Shown: one piece after another, positions 49,129-58,811 of the stretch
How positions within the stretch are numbered: the stretch's first letter is position 1
Layout of the letters: each line of letters opens with the position of its first letter
Source: Spirochaetia bacterium
GTDB taxonomy: Bacteria; Spirochaetota; Spirochaetia; WTKD01; G963693115
DNA: 64,000 nucleotides
Reading direction: 5' to 3'
Assembly: GCA_965226055.1 (NCBI GenBank)
Contig: CBDDCA010000003.1
Coordinates: 98,076 to 162,075, forward strand
Translations under genes and position numbers: made by a program
The notes under the pieces: generated by a model
Told to the model about the DNA's origin: nothing
Databases searched by the model: none
What the model saw: only the letters and a program-made list of their open reading frames with translations

Positions 49129-51615
49129 TTATAACTTAAATGTTAAGTACAGTGAAAATTCAAGATATTTCGTAAAACTATTAGCATCAATGTCATATGT
49201 ATATTCTCTTCCATCAATATCTTTATCTGATGCTCCTTCTATCTTATCATCTTTTATATCTCTCTTAAATGTTAAAAAAGCAAGTAAATTACCTAACGCA
49301 AAACGATAGTTAAAGGTAAGAACTTTATTATCCACAAACACTCCTGTAAAAGAAGGCACTAAGGTCATCACGGGAATGTACTCTCTTGCTGAATTAATTT
49401 CTCTTTCTTGCCTGATGAGATTTCCTTTATCATCTTTTACTACTTCGTTAGGAGTAAATGGTTTATCTATTGCAAAAGAACTAGACAGTGCAAAAGTAAA
49501 CACTTCGTGGGGGCTTACTGAGTATTTCATTCCAATAGTATGACGTGTATCATCATTAGACGGTAACCACTCGTTGTCTTTTGTATAGAAATAAGAAAAT
49601 CCTAGTGTATAGGAAAGCTCAAATGATTGAATATTTTTACTATACTTCCAACGAGTGGTTGCTCCAGTACCATAGCCATAATTTACTGGCTTATATGCAT
49701 AGCTTCGAGTGGCATCTGTATCTCTATATCTAAACTGACTAAATATTCCATGAAAATTATAGTACCAGCCAAAATACGGAGTAAGTGACAACTGATGATT
49801 TCCAAGCTCAATAAGGTATTTTGTAGAAGCCATGATGCCATAATTAGGATCTGTATACGATGTTTTGCTGTCTGTATACTCTACTGTTTTTTCTAATACT
49901 TTTCTGTCTATGTACTGCAATTTTTCTAAAAAAGCAGGACTCCATCCTAATGAAAAAGAAATAGTATGTATATCAGAAAAAGTGGTAGCGTATTCACTTC
50001 GAAGCGAAGGATACAAAGAGCTAGCTGATTGAGCAATCCATGATACCCCTGGGCTTATAGAAAATTTAACATCTCCCCTATCAAAGTAATCTTCATAGTC
50101 ATATTGACCGTATAGATACAATCGGAGATAATCTTCGTTTATTGTATACTTTGGTAACACATCCTTTTTTTGATCTGTAGGATTACTTATATTAGCATAT
50201 GTATAAGTATCTCCATAGCTAGCATCTAAGACAGAATATTCAACACTAGAGCCTGTGCTCACTATATGCTTATCAGTTAATGCCCATGAAAAAGAATCAT
50301 TCAACGCAGAGTACCATACTTTTGATGTTCCATCATAATCGTAGCCAATAGTTCCCTTCGTCTCCCCTCTTTCTTTTAAGCGCTTTATAGCATCATCTGA
50401 GAGTTTTTTTAATGTATACTGCGAATTTAATGAAACTACAGAATAGTATGAAATAATATCTATAACATGTAAGCCTCTATCTGCAACTACTTTTCGCCAC
50501 TGCATTCCTCCCCCAAAAAAGTAAGGAAAATCTTGCTTTTCTCCTTCAAATGGATCGTTTTGCAAATTAAGTGCTACATTCCACTGTATTATATCATAAT
50601 GGGAAAGCCCCAATACTTTTATCACATCATTTTGATTTTTATAGGTAAAAGATAAAAAATAATCCCCATATGCATACAAATCAATATTTATGTCACTATC
50701 ATCATAAGCTAACACTGCAATAATTGGAAGTATTGTATACCTCTCAATAGATTGCCGTGCTATCGCAAATAATGTTGCATGCTTTCCTATTTTCTGCTTA
50801 TACCCAATATAAGGAGCAGTAACACTCAACCCTAACAAAAGACGATTATTCTGCACATCTTTAGGATATGCAATTACTGTTCCTCCAAGTGATTGTCCAT
50901 ACCTTCCAGGAGGAGGACCCTTGATGGTCTTAATAGAGCCTACTGTTTCCTTAGTGATAATAGGTTGGTTACTATTGGAATAATGTGCATTAGTCGGAAC
51001 AGGCAAAAAATCAACATAGTTCTGATTCCATGCACTGTCTCCTCCAAATACAGAATAACTTGTTCCTAATGTAAAAAATGAATTTGTGCTAGGCGCTATA
51101 ACTCTTGACAGAAAGCTATTTCCTATATCATCTTGCACTACTCCTGCTTCAGAGGTAATAATACTAAAAGGATCGCCTCTTGCAAGAGAGGTATTTTCTA
51201 CCTCAGCTTCCCCGTACTCTGTAATGTTTGGCTCTTGTTGTATATCTCTGTCTGCAGTAACTATTATCTCTTCTTCTACTAACTCAGCCTGTGAAGATTG
51301 TTCCACTACAATCTCAAATACTGTCGGGTTAGTGCTGTTATCTTGTCCTGCATTAACGCTAAAAGAAAAATCAACTTCATCAGCAGCAAGAGTGATGACT
51401 TTAAGCGTATACTCACCTGGATCTACATCAAAAAAAGCAAATTTACCTTCTTTATCACTTAGTTCAATAATATCTAACTCAATGAGTATGACCGTTGCTT
51501 CAACAACAGGTTCATCATTTTGTATAATGCTCCCATAATAATCTTCGGAAAATACAGTAATATTCCCTACTAACAATAAGAAACATATAACCCTACTCAA
51601 TTTCTTATATACCAT
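49129..51615 (-). CDS. TonB-dependent receptor (copy 1) with N-terminal carboxypeptidase-regulatory-like domain
   Basis: Signal peptide; EPVVEATV...SDKEGKF..PGEYTL domain; TonB box EEIIVTA; plug motifs (SVFGG..N..VD..PV; IKG...RYG..LGG); amphipathic beta-strands; divergent from exbBD-tonB. Start at MVYKK after GGAG. Confidence 0.8.
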   Translation of the reverse strand: MVYKKLSRVICFLLLVGNITVFSEDYYGSIIQNDEPVVEATVILIELDIIELSDKEGKFAFFDVDPGEYTLKVITLAADEVDFSFSVNAGQDNSTNPTVFEIVVEQSSQAELVEEEIIVTADRDIQQEPNITEYGEAEVENTSLARGDPFSIITSEAGVVQDDIGNSFLSRVIAPSTNSFFTLGTSYSVFGGDSAWNQNYVDFLPVPTNAHYSNSNQPIITKETVGSIKTIKGPPPGRYGQSLGGTVIAYPKDVQNNRLLLGLSVTAPYIGYKQKIGKHATLFAIARQSIERYTILPIIAVLAYDDSDINIDLYAYGDYFLSFTYKNQNDVIKVLGLSHYDIIQWNVALNLQNDPFEGEKQDFPYFFGGGMQWRKVVADRGLHVIDIISYYSVVSLNSQYTLKKLSDDAIKRLKERGETKGTIGYDYDGTSKVWYSALNDSFSWALTDKHIVSTGSSVEYSVLDASYGDTYTYANISNPTDQKKDVLPKYTINEDYLRLYLYGQYDYEDYFDRGDVKFSISPGVSWIAQSASSLYPSLRSEYATTFSDIHTISFSLGWSPAFLEKLQYIDRKVLEKTVEYTDSKTSYTDPNYGIMASTKYLIELGNHQLSLTPYFGWYYNFHGIFSQFRYRDTDATRSYAYKPVNYGYGTGATTRWKYSKNIQSFELSYTLGFSYFYTKDNEWLPSNDDTRHTIGMKYSVSPHEVFTFALSSSFAIDKPFTPNEVVKDDKGNLIRQEREINSAREYIPVMTLVPSFTGVFVDNKVLTFNYRFALGNLLAFLTFKRDIKDDKIEGASDKDIDGREYTYDIDANSFTKYLEFSLYLTFKL

Positions 51616-51706
51616 TATATCTCCCATAGTGTATTATTTTGTCATAATATCTCTGTTGAGAAACTATTTAGAGTGTTATTATTTGTATATATCCTTTGTT
51701 ATAATC

Positions 51707-51735
51707 AGTATACTGCAAAGGCTCTGCTATGCCAA
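51707..51735 (-). promoter_or_regulatory. Own sigma70 promoter of receptor copy 1
   Basis: TTGGCA-17nt-TATACT in the non-duplicated spacer. Confidence 0.5.
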
Positions 51736-51815
51736 GTATGTAATGTTTGTGAAAAAACACTTTAACAACATAAGCCTCCCTCTCTCAACTCTAAAGAATA
51801 GCTAGAGTTACAAGA

Positions 51816-51854
51816 CATAAAAAAAGAGCAACAATCCTGTTGCTTTTTTTTATG
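51816..51854. terminator. Duplicated terminator hairpin after receptor copy 2 (1-bp deletion in right arm)
   Basis: Copy of 49075-49114. Confidence 0.75.
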
Positions 51855-51868
51855 CAATGTCTCTCAAT

Positions 51869-54358
51869 TTATAACTTAAATGTTAAGTACAGTGAAAATT
51901 CAAGATATTTCGTAAAACTATTAGCATCAATGTCATATGTATATTCTCTTCCATCAATCTCTTTATCTGATGCTCCTTCTATCTTATCATCTTTTATATC
52001 TCTCTTAAATACCAAGAAAGCAAGCAAATTACCTAACGCAAAACGATAGTTAAAAGTAAGAACTTTATTATCCACAAACACTCCTGTAAAAGAAGGCACT
52101 AAGGTCATCACGGGAATGTACTCTCTTGCTGAATTAATTTCTCTTTCTTGCCTGATGAGATTTCCTTTATCATCTTTTACTACTTCGTTAGGAGTAAATG
52201 GTTTATCTATTGCAAAAGAACTAGACAGTGCAAAAGTAAACACTTCGTGGGGGCTTACTGAGTATTTCATTCCAATAGTATGGCGTGTATCATCATTAGA
52301 CGGTAACCACTCGTTGTCTTTTGTATAGAAATAAGAAAATCCTAGTGTATAGGAAAGCTCAAATGCTTGAATATTTTTACTATACTTCCAACGAGTGGTT
52401 GCTCCAGTACCATAGCCATAATTTACTGGCTTATATGCATAGCTTCGAGTAGCATCTGTATCTCTATATCTAAACTGACTAAATATTCCATGAAAATTAT
52501 AGTACCAGCCAAAATACGGAGTAAGTGACAACTGATGATTTCCAAGCTCAATAAGGTATTTTGTAGAAGCCATGATGCCATAATTAGGATCTGTATACGA
52601 TGTTTTGCTGTCTGTATACTCTACTGTTTTTTCTAATACTTTTCTGTCTATGTACTGCAATTTTTCTAAAAAAGCAGGACTCCATCCTAATGAAAAAGAA
52701 ATAGTATGTATATCAGAAAAAGTGGTAGCGTATTCACTTCGAAGCGAAGGATACAAAGAGCTAGCTGATTGAGCAATCCATGATACCCCTGGACTTATAG
52801 AAAATTTAACATCTCCTCTATCAAAATAATCTTCATAGTCATATTGACCGTATAGATACAATCGGAGATAATCTTCGTTTATTGTATACTTTGGTAGCAC
52901 ATCCTTTTTTTGATCTGTAGGATTACTTATATTAGCATATGTATAAGTATCTCCATAGCTAGCATCTAAGACAGAATATTCAACACTAGAGCCTGCACTC
53001 ACTATATGCTTATCAGTTAATGCCCATGAAAAAGCATCATTCAACGCAGAGTACCATACTTTTGATGTTCCATCATAATCGTAGCCAATAGTTCCCTTCG
53101 TCTCCCCTCTTTCTTTTAAGCGCTTTATAGCATCATCTGAGAGTTTTTTTAATGTATACTGCGAATTTAATGAAACTACAGAATAGTATGAAATAATATC
53201 TATAACATGTAAGCCTCTATCTGCAACTACTTTTCGCCACTGCACTCCTCCCCCAAAAAAGTAGGGAAAATCTTGCTTTTCTCCTTCAAATGGTTCGTCT
53301 TTTGAAGTATTTTTTACATCCAGCTGTACTATATCATAGTAGGCAAGTCCCAGTACTTTTATCACATCATTTTGATTTTTATAGGTAAAAGACAAGAAAT
53401 AATCTCCATATGTATACCAATCAACATTTATGTCACTATCATTATCAGTAGCCAACACTTCAATAAGTGGAATTAAGGTATACCTCTCAATAGATTGCCG
53501 TGCTATCGCAAATAATGTTGCATTTTTTCCTATTTTCTGCCTATACCCAATATAAGGAGCAGTAGCACTCAACCCTAACATGAGACGATTATTCTGTACA
53601 TCTTTAGGATATGCAATTACTGTTCCTCCAAGAGATTGTCCATACCTTCCAGGAGGAGGACCTTTAATGGTCTTAATAGAGCCTACTGTTTCCTTAGTAA
53701 TAATAGGCTGGTTACTATTAGAATAATGTGCATTAGTCGGAACAGGCAAAAAATCAACATAGTTCTGATTCCATGCACTGTCTCCTCCAAATACAGAATA
53801 ACTTGTTCCTAATGTAAAAAATGAACTTGCACCGGGCTCTATAATTCTTGACATAGAAGCATTTCCTATATCATCTTGCACCACTCCTGCTTCAGAGATA
53901 ATAATACTAAAAGGATCGCCTCTTGCAAGAGAGGCATTTTCTACCTCAGCTTCCTCATATTCTGTAATGTTTGGCTCTTGCTGTATATCTCTGTCTGCAG
54001 TAACTATTATCTCTTCTTCTACTAACTCAGCCTGTGAAGATTGTTCCACTACAATCTCAAATACTGTCGGGTTAGTGCTGTTATCTTGTCCTGCATTAAC
54101 GCTAAAAGAAAAATCAACTTCATCAGCAGCAAGAGTGATGACTTTAAGCGTATATTCACCTGGATCTATATCAAAAAAAGCAAAATTACCCTCTTCATCA
54201 CTTAGTTCAATAATATCTAACTCAATGAGTATGACCGTTGCTTCAACAACAGGTTCATCATTTTGTATAATGCTCCCATAATAATCTTCGGAAAATACAG
54301 TAATACTTCCTACTAATAATAAGAAACATACAAACATGCTTAATTTCTTATATACCAT
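51869..54358 (-). CDS. TonB-dependent receptor (copy 2)
   Basis: Same architecture as copy 1. Start at MVYKK (54358) after GGAGG; the ORF track extends to 54391. Confidence 0.8.
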   Translation of the reverse strand: MVYKKLSMFVCFLLLVGSITVFSEDYYGSIIQNDEPVVEATVILIELDIIELSDEEGNFAFFDIDPGEYTLKVITLAADEVDFSFSVNAGQDNSTNPTVFEIVVEQSSQAELVEEEIIVTADRDIQQEPNITEYEEAEVENASLARGDPFSIIISEAGVVQDDIGNASMSRIIEPGASSFFTLGTSYSVFGGDSAWNQNYVDFLPVPTNAHYSNSNQPIITKETVGSIKTIKGPPPGRYGQSLGGTVIAYPKDVQNNRLMLGLSATAPYIGYRQKIGKNATLFAIARQSIERYTLIPLIEVLATDNDSDINVDWYTYGDYFLSFTYKNQNDVIKVLGLAYYDIVQLDVKNTSKDEPFEGEKQDFPYFFGGGVQWRKVVADRGLHVIDIISYYSVVSLNSQYTLKKLSDDAIKRLKERGETKGTIGYDYDGTSKVWYSALNDAFSWALTDKHIVSAGSSVEYSVLDASYGDTYTYANISNPTDQKKDVLPKYTINEDYLRLYLYGQYDYEDYFDRGDVKFSISPGVSWIAQSASSLYPSLRSEYATTFSDIHTISFSLGWSPAFLEKLQYIDRKVLEKTVEYTDSKTSYTDPNYGIMASTKYLIELGNHQLSLTPYFGWYYNFHGIFSQFRYRDTDATRSYAYKPVNYGYGTGATTRWKYSKNIQAFELSYTLGFSYFYTKDNEWLPSNDDTRHTIGMKYSVSPHEVFTFALSSSFAIDKPFTPNEVVKDDKGNLIRQEREINSAREYIPVMTLVPSFTGVFVDNKVLTFNYRFALGNLLAFLVFKRDIKDDKIEGASDKEIDGREYTYDIDANSFTKYLEFSLYLTFKL

Positions 54359-54434
54359 TATATTCCTCCATAGTATATTATATTTTGTCATAGATATTTC
54401 TATTAAGAACTATTTTTTATAACAAATATTTACA

Positions 54435-54443
54435 ATTATAACA
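54435..54443 (-). promoter_or_regulatory. Extended -10 promoter of receptor copy 2
   Basis: TGTTATAAT on the minus strand, about 75 nt upstream of the start codon. Confidence 0.45.
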
Positions 54444-54594
54444 CAAAAAAACAAATAACACGTGTGTACTTTAACTAAAATTTAAAAAAAAGAAAAAAAT
54501 CACCTGTGCTACTATACATAAAACACATTTTTTTCTTATATAGTTACTATAAAAAACTAATTACTATACTATTTTAGTAAAATATGCCTTTTAC

Positions 54595-54623
54595 TTGACA
54601 ATTTTTACTGATAACTATACAAT
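54595..54623 (+). promoter_or_regulatory. Sigma70 promoter of exbB-exbD-exbD-tonB
   Basis: TTGACA-17nt-TACAAT; AGGAG RBS before the exbB ATG. Confidence 0.7.
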
Positions 54624-54682
54624 AATACGAGAATAGGTATATATTCTTTATTATACACTATCAATAATAATTAGGAGTAGTT

Positions 54683-55258
54683 ATGCAAAACGCAGTAGAT
54701 TTTTTTATTTCTGGGGGACCATTTATGTACCCTCTCTTACTTGCTTCAGTATTAGCAATCACGCTTATATTAGAGCGTATGATAAGTAGCATTGCTTGGA
54801 CAAGAACAATGAAACAATATGTACGATTTATAGAAACACGTGGTATTGAGGGTACTAAAATTCCCGGTAGCAGTGAAAGTTTTTGGGAGAAAAATACAAA
54901 AGATCGCAAACAAGAAACAGAAAGCAACTTTCAAGCTGTATGCGAAAAACGCACAAGCTCATATCAAATACTCAACACAGTAGGAGCTGTATCTCCTCTT
55001 CTTGGGTTTATTGGTACAATTTCTGGAATGATAGGGGCGTTTCAATCTATAGCAAATGCAGATAAAGTTTCCATTAAATTGGTAGCAGCAGGTATTTCAG
55101 AAGCCTTAATTACTACTGGTTTTGGGCTTATCATTGCTGTAATATGTATTTTTGCTGAATCTGTAGGAATGTATCTTTTTGGAAATTTTACTCAAAGTAT
55201 TGAGTTAAAGCTAGAAAAGATATTTAAGGCAGAAGAAGACGCTCATGAAAATCGTTAA
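54683..55258 (+). CDS. exbB: MotA/TolQ/ExbB proton channel protein
   Basis: GGPFMYPLLLASV...ER, SPLLGFIGTISGMI.AF, GISEALITTGFGL. Confidence 0.9.
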   Translation: MQNAVDFFISGGPFMYPLLLASVLAITLILERMISSIAWTRTMKQYVRFIETRGIEGTKIPGSSESFWEKNTKDRKQETESNFQAVCEKRTSSYQILNTVGAVSPLLGFIGTISGMIGAFQSIANADKVSIKLVAAGISEALITTGFGLIIAVICIFAESVGMYLFGNFTQSIELKLEKIFKAEEDAHENR

Positions 55259-55739
55259 AGAAGGGCGTAAATCGCTTGGTGACCTTTCGGGGTCTATGAC
55301 CGACATATGTTTTTTACTTATTATCTTTTTTCTTGTTGCCGCAGTATTTATCAATGATGAAGGGCTTGTTCTTTTTTTACCGAACGAAGATTTTGAGCCA
55401 CAAAAAAAATTAGAAGACAAAGTTTTACAGATAAGACAAATACGATTACTCAGCGAAGAAAGCATTATTGTAGATACAAAAGAGTATCCTTTTGAAGAGT
55501 TTAAGGAGATTATCACCCCTTTAATACAGGAGAAAATACAAGAAATTGGTACTCCTCCTACTGTAATTTTACAAATTGGCGATGACATATCGTATAGTAA
55601 AGCTATGGAAGCCCTCTCTGTTATTGAGCAGGCAGGAGTGGAAGATTTTACTATTACTTCACAAGGAATAGAGACATTTTTAATACCAATAAATTTCTCA
55701 AAAAAAGGGAATTTTCTTACTACTATAGATGAGGAGTAG
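55245..55739 (+). CDS. exbD: Biopolymer transporter ExbD/TolR (1)
   Basis: SMTDICFLLIIFFLV TM motif with the conserved Asp; C-terminal VILQIGDD..Y...QAGV. Confidence 0.85.
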   Translation: MKIVKEGRKSLGDLSGSMTDICFLLIIFFLVAAVFINDEGLVLFLPNEDFEPQKKLEDKVLQIRQIRLLSEESIIVDTKEYPFEEFKEIITPLIQEKIQEIGTPPTVILQIGDDISYSKAMEALSVIEQAGVEDFTITSQGIETFLIPINFSKKGNFLTTIDEE

Positions 55740-55742
55740 ACT

Positions 55743-56132
55743 ATGCAATTATTAAAACGAAAAAAAAGAAAAGCTTTTGCTCTTGTTGCTACAAGTGATA
55801 TTGCTTTCTTATTATTGATATTTTTGATAGTTACTGCTAACTTAGAGTATAACCCTGAGATTACTGCTCCAAAAATTGTAAATACTACTGAGTTTTTAGC
55901 AACTGAAAATAAGGTTATTCTTATTGAAGTAACAGGTGATGGAGAGATCTTTGTTGAAAGTAAAAAAACTAATCTAAATGAGCTTCCTTCTCTATTATCA
56001 GAGCTTAGTAATGAATTTATCTATAGAATTTATGCTGATAAAATAGCACCATTTTTTCTTATTGCAACAGCCTTAAACGAATTGCAGAAAAGTAATAAGC
56101 AAAAAATACTTATGATGATTGAGAAAGAATAA
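55743..56132 (+). CDS. exbD: Biopolymer transporter ExbD/TolR (2)
   Basis: SDIAFLLLIFLIV TM motif; IYADK.APF. Confidence 0.85.
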   Translation: MQLLKRKKRKAFALVATSDIAFLLLIFLIVTANLEYNPEITAPKIVNTTEFLATENKVILIEVTGDGEIFVESKKTNLNELPSLLSELSNEFIYRIYADKIAPFFLIATALNELQKSNKQKILMMIEKE

Positions 56133-56149
56133 TAATATACAGGATACCT

Positions 56150-56734
56150 ATGAAAAAAATACTTTTTTATATTATTTCTATTGTAGCACATATAGTTATT
56201 TTCTATATAATAGCATTAAACTTTGGAGTATTAGGTCAACTTACAGAAGAAAAACAATATGAAGTGCTTGAATTTCAATTAGTAAATCCTGTGGTAAAAA
56301 CTGCACCTCCCCCCCCTCCTGAAGTAAAGAAAGCTCCTCCTCCAAAAGTTATATCATCAGTAACGGAAGTAACAAAAGAACCTGAAGAAGAACAGGAAGC
56401 AGTAGAAGAGGTGGTACAGCAGATTACTAGCACAGCAAAGGAGTTTACTCCTTTTTATAAAGTAGATACTCGGCCTTCATTTAAGAATAGAGCACCACAA
56501 AGATATCCTGCTCTTGAAAAACGTGCAGGAAAAGAAGGGAGAGTTGCTATAGAGGTATATATTGATGAAAATGGCATATTACAAGATACTCGCATCAAAG
56601 AAAGTGGAGGGAAAAATTTTGACGCTTCTGCATTAGAGATGATTGAAAATTCAACATATAATCCTGGTGTAAAAGATGGTGTACCTATTCCTGTAAAAAT
56701 GCTCTTTATTATACACTATAAACTAAAAGGATAA
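56150..56734 (+). CDS. tonB: Energy transducer TonB
   Basis: TM helix with SxxxH (SIVAH), Pro-rich linker, C-terminal YP..EKRAGKEGRV..IDENG..FDASA. Confidence 0.88.
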   Translation: MKKILFYIISIVAHIVIFYIIALNFGVLGQLTEEKQYEVLEFQLVNPVVKTAPPPPPEVKKAPPPKVISSVTEVTKEPEEEQEAVEEVVQQITSTAKEFTPFYKVDTRPSFKNRAPQRYPALEKRAGKEGRVAIEVYIDENGILQDTRIKESGGKNFDASALEMIENSTYNPGVKDGVPIPVKMLFIIHYKLKG

Positions 56735-56756
56735 TACTATATATTAAGGAAGCATC

Positions 56757-57176
56757 ATGTCAGCTATACAAGAACGAATAGTACTAGAGGCAAAAAAGAG
56801 AGGCTTTCATCTCATTAGTAATGAGATTGAAAGCAAATCTAAAACACTACAGAACATTGAGAGTGGACTTGCCCACTTATTTTTAATGCATACAAGTGCA
56901 AGCATAAGTATCAATGAAAATGCAGATCCATCAGTACGTGTAGATTTTGAAACATTTAGCAATACTATGATACCTGAACATTTTGCAGGCTTTACCCATA
57001 CCTACGAAGGCAGCGATGATATGCCTGCTCATATAAAATCTTCTTTGTATGGAGTGTCATTATCCATACCAGTACATAATGGAACATTTGTACTTGGTAC
57101 TTGGCAGGGAATCTATCTTAATGAACATCGTAACTACGGAGGAAACCGTACATTGATGATAACAGTATTATACTAG
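56757..57176 (+). CDS. yjbQ: YjbQ/UPF0047 family protein (secondary thiamine-phosphate synthase)
   Basis: RGFHLI, HTSAS, NENADPSVRVD, HTYEGSDDMPAHIK, LGTWQGIYLNEHR. Confidence 0.92.
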   Translation: MSAIQERIVLEAKKRGFHLISNEIESKSKTLQNIESGLAHLFLMHTSASISINENADPSVRVDFETFSNTMIPEHFAGFTHTYEGSDDMPAHIKSSLYGVSLSIPVHNGTFVLGTWQGIYLNEHRNYGGNRTLMITVLY

Positions 57177-57185
57177 CGATACATA

Positions 57186-58373
57186 TTATTCATCAGTAGT
57201 TATCTCTTGAGAAGTTTCTTGAGTGAATACATTATTTTTATTTTTTATTAGCATATCTAATTGAGGGTACGGAATCTCAATAGCATATTTCTTAAATAGC
57301 TCCCATACTTTTATGTGTAAATCTGAGCTTACTTGGTATCTGTCTTTTACGTCTCGAATACATACATATATTGCTACTTTAATCCCTGAGTCTGCAAATT
57401 TTTGTACTCTAAAAAACATATCTTTCTCTGTTTCTCTGTACGGCATAGTTTCTGCAGCTTCTCTCATCACTTTTTCTACCATGTATAAATCAGACTGATA
57501 ACTGACTTGTACTTTACAATTTATATAAAAAATTCTATCACTATGCGTATAATTTTGTACTGGATTGTTGGTAAGGTATTTATTAGGAATGATAAGCTCG
57601 TCTCCAGAAAGATTACGAATAACAGTATGCAGCATGTTTATATGTTCAACAGTACCTTCAATATCCATCACTAATACCCTATCGCCTTCATTGATGACTC
57701 GAGAGGTGTTCATTGAAATACCTGATATAAAATTACCAACAACATCCTGTAGTCCAAACCCTATGCCAAAGCCCAATGCTCCAAATACAAGATTAAGCGA
57801 TCTTATATCAATTCCTATAAAAGGAAGCCCAATAAAAATGACTATGGTAAAGACACCGTAGCGTATGAGTATGCCTAATGAGTTCTTATTCTTAATAGTA
57901 ACATGCTGGATAACATAGCGTTGTGATACTTGCATGCCTATCTTAGACAAAGAGTTTGCTATGTACAAAAGAATAATAATTTGTACAATATTGAAAAAGG
58001 AAATAGTGATATTACCATTTGTAAAAAAAGGAGTGGTAAATATTTCTACAATGTTTCGTAGAGATAACAATAACAACAACAAACGTACTACAATAACTAT
58101 TACTATTATCAAAGTGATTGTATGTATTACCTTTAGTGCAATATCATACCGTGTACGGATGCCTTTGCTTTTCGTATAAGATGTATGAGTATCTCTACTT
58201 GCTTTTTCATTATCGTTGCTTGCTATTAAGAGAATGATATGCCTAAACAGTCTGGAGAGAATAAACACCAGAACAAGAGGAATGATTAAATGTATGATAA
58301 AAAATTCTACAGTAAATACTTCCCCTCTTATAGAGAGAATTGTAAAGTCAAAAAAAGCACTTATTTTATCCAT
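57186..58373 (-). CDS. mscS: Small-conductance mechanosensitive channel
   Basis: GALGFGIGFGLQDVVGNFISG, GDRV..GTVEHI, IIPN, VSYQSD, IEIPYPQ. Start at 58373 or 58394. Confidence 0.9.
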   Translation of the reverse strand: MDKISAFFDFTILSIRGEVFTVEFFIIHLIIPLVLVFILSRLFRHIILLIASNDNEKASRDTHTSYTKSKGIRTRYDIALKVIHTITLIIVIVIVVRLLLLLLSLRNIVEIFTTPFFTNGNITISFFNIVQIIILLYIANSLSKIGMQVSQRYVIQHVTIKNKNSLGILIRYGVFTIVIFIGLPFIGIDIRSLNLVFGALGFGIGFGLQDVVGNFISGISMNTSRVINEGDRVLVMDIEGTVEHINMLHTVIRNLSGDELIIPNKYLTNNPVQNYTHSDRIFYINCKVQVSYQSDLYMVEKVMREAAETMPYRETEKDMFFRVQKFADSGIKVAIYVCIRDVKDRYQVSSDLHIKVWELFKKYAIEIPYPQLDMLIKNKNNVFTQETSQEITTDE

Positions 58374-58809
58374 TCGAAAGTAATCGTGCCTCATCTATAA
58401 TTTTTTGTACTATATTGCCAAAAGCATTTGCTCTTGTAGGAGTAAGCATAATATGTAAATCAATAGAACGAATAAATTCTTGTATTAGAGCTTGTCCTTC
58501 CTGTGCTAATTCGGCAATGCTTAAAAAAGAAAAGCCAAACGCCATTACTCCCATAAGCCCTTGAATAATCATAGCATCCGATGTTCCTCGTATTTTTGCT
58601 TTCTCATCGTGTTCTTCTACTACTACATACGCGTTAGATATACATCCATGTACATATGTATGCTCATTACATTCTTCTTGCGTTAATACACTGAGCTTGC
58701 TTTGATATGCAATAATCCCATGAAACATATCGCTTGCATCCAATAATAGCAAATCATTTAGCTCATTCGAAAGAGAATGAAATGTTTGACGTGATACTTC
58801 TATTGACAT
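58366..58809 (-). CDS. sufE: SufE family Fe-S cluster sulfur-acceptor protein
   Basis: VHGCIS, SDAMIIQGL, LTPTRANAF. Confidence 0.82.
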   Translation of the reverse strand: MSIEVSRQTFHSLSNELNDLLLLDASDMFHGIIAYQSKLSVLTQEECNEHTYVHGCISNAYVVVEEHDEKAKIRGTSDAMIIQGLMGVMAFGFSFLSIAELAQEGQALIQEFIRSIDLHIMLTPTRANAFGNIVQKIIDEARLLSNG

Positions 58810-58811
58810 AA

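Larger units (their letters stand above)
49014..54415. repeat. Tandem duplication, unit about 2.74 kb (49014-~51670 and 51755-~54415), each unit carrying a TonB-dependent receptor gene and its downstream hairpin
   Basis: Near-identical DNA with offset 2740-2743; both units begin with AAACACTTTAACAACATAAGCCTCCC. Confidence 0.92.

Noticed and set aside
54392-54682. Cobalamin/TPP riboswitch or Fur box upstream of the TonB-dependent receptors
   Set aside because: No conserved riboswitch core and no convincing GATAATGATAATCATTATC-like box.
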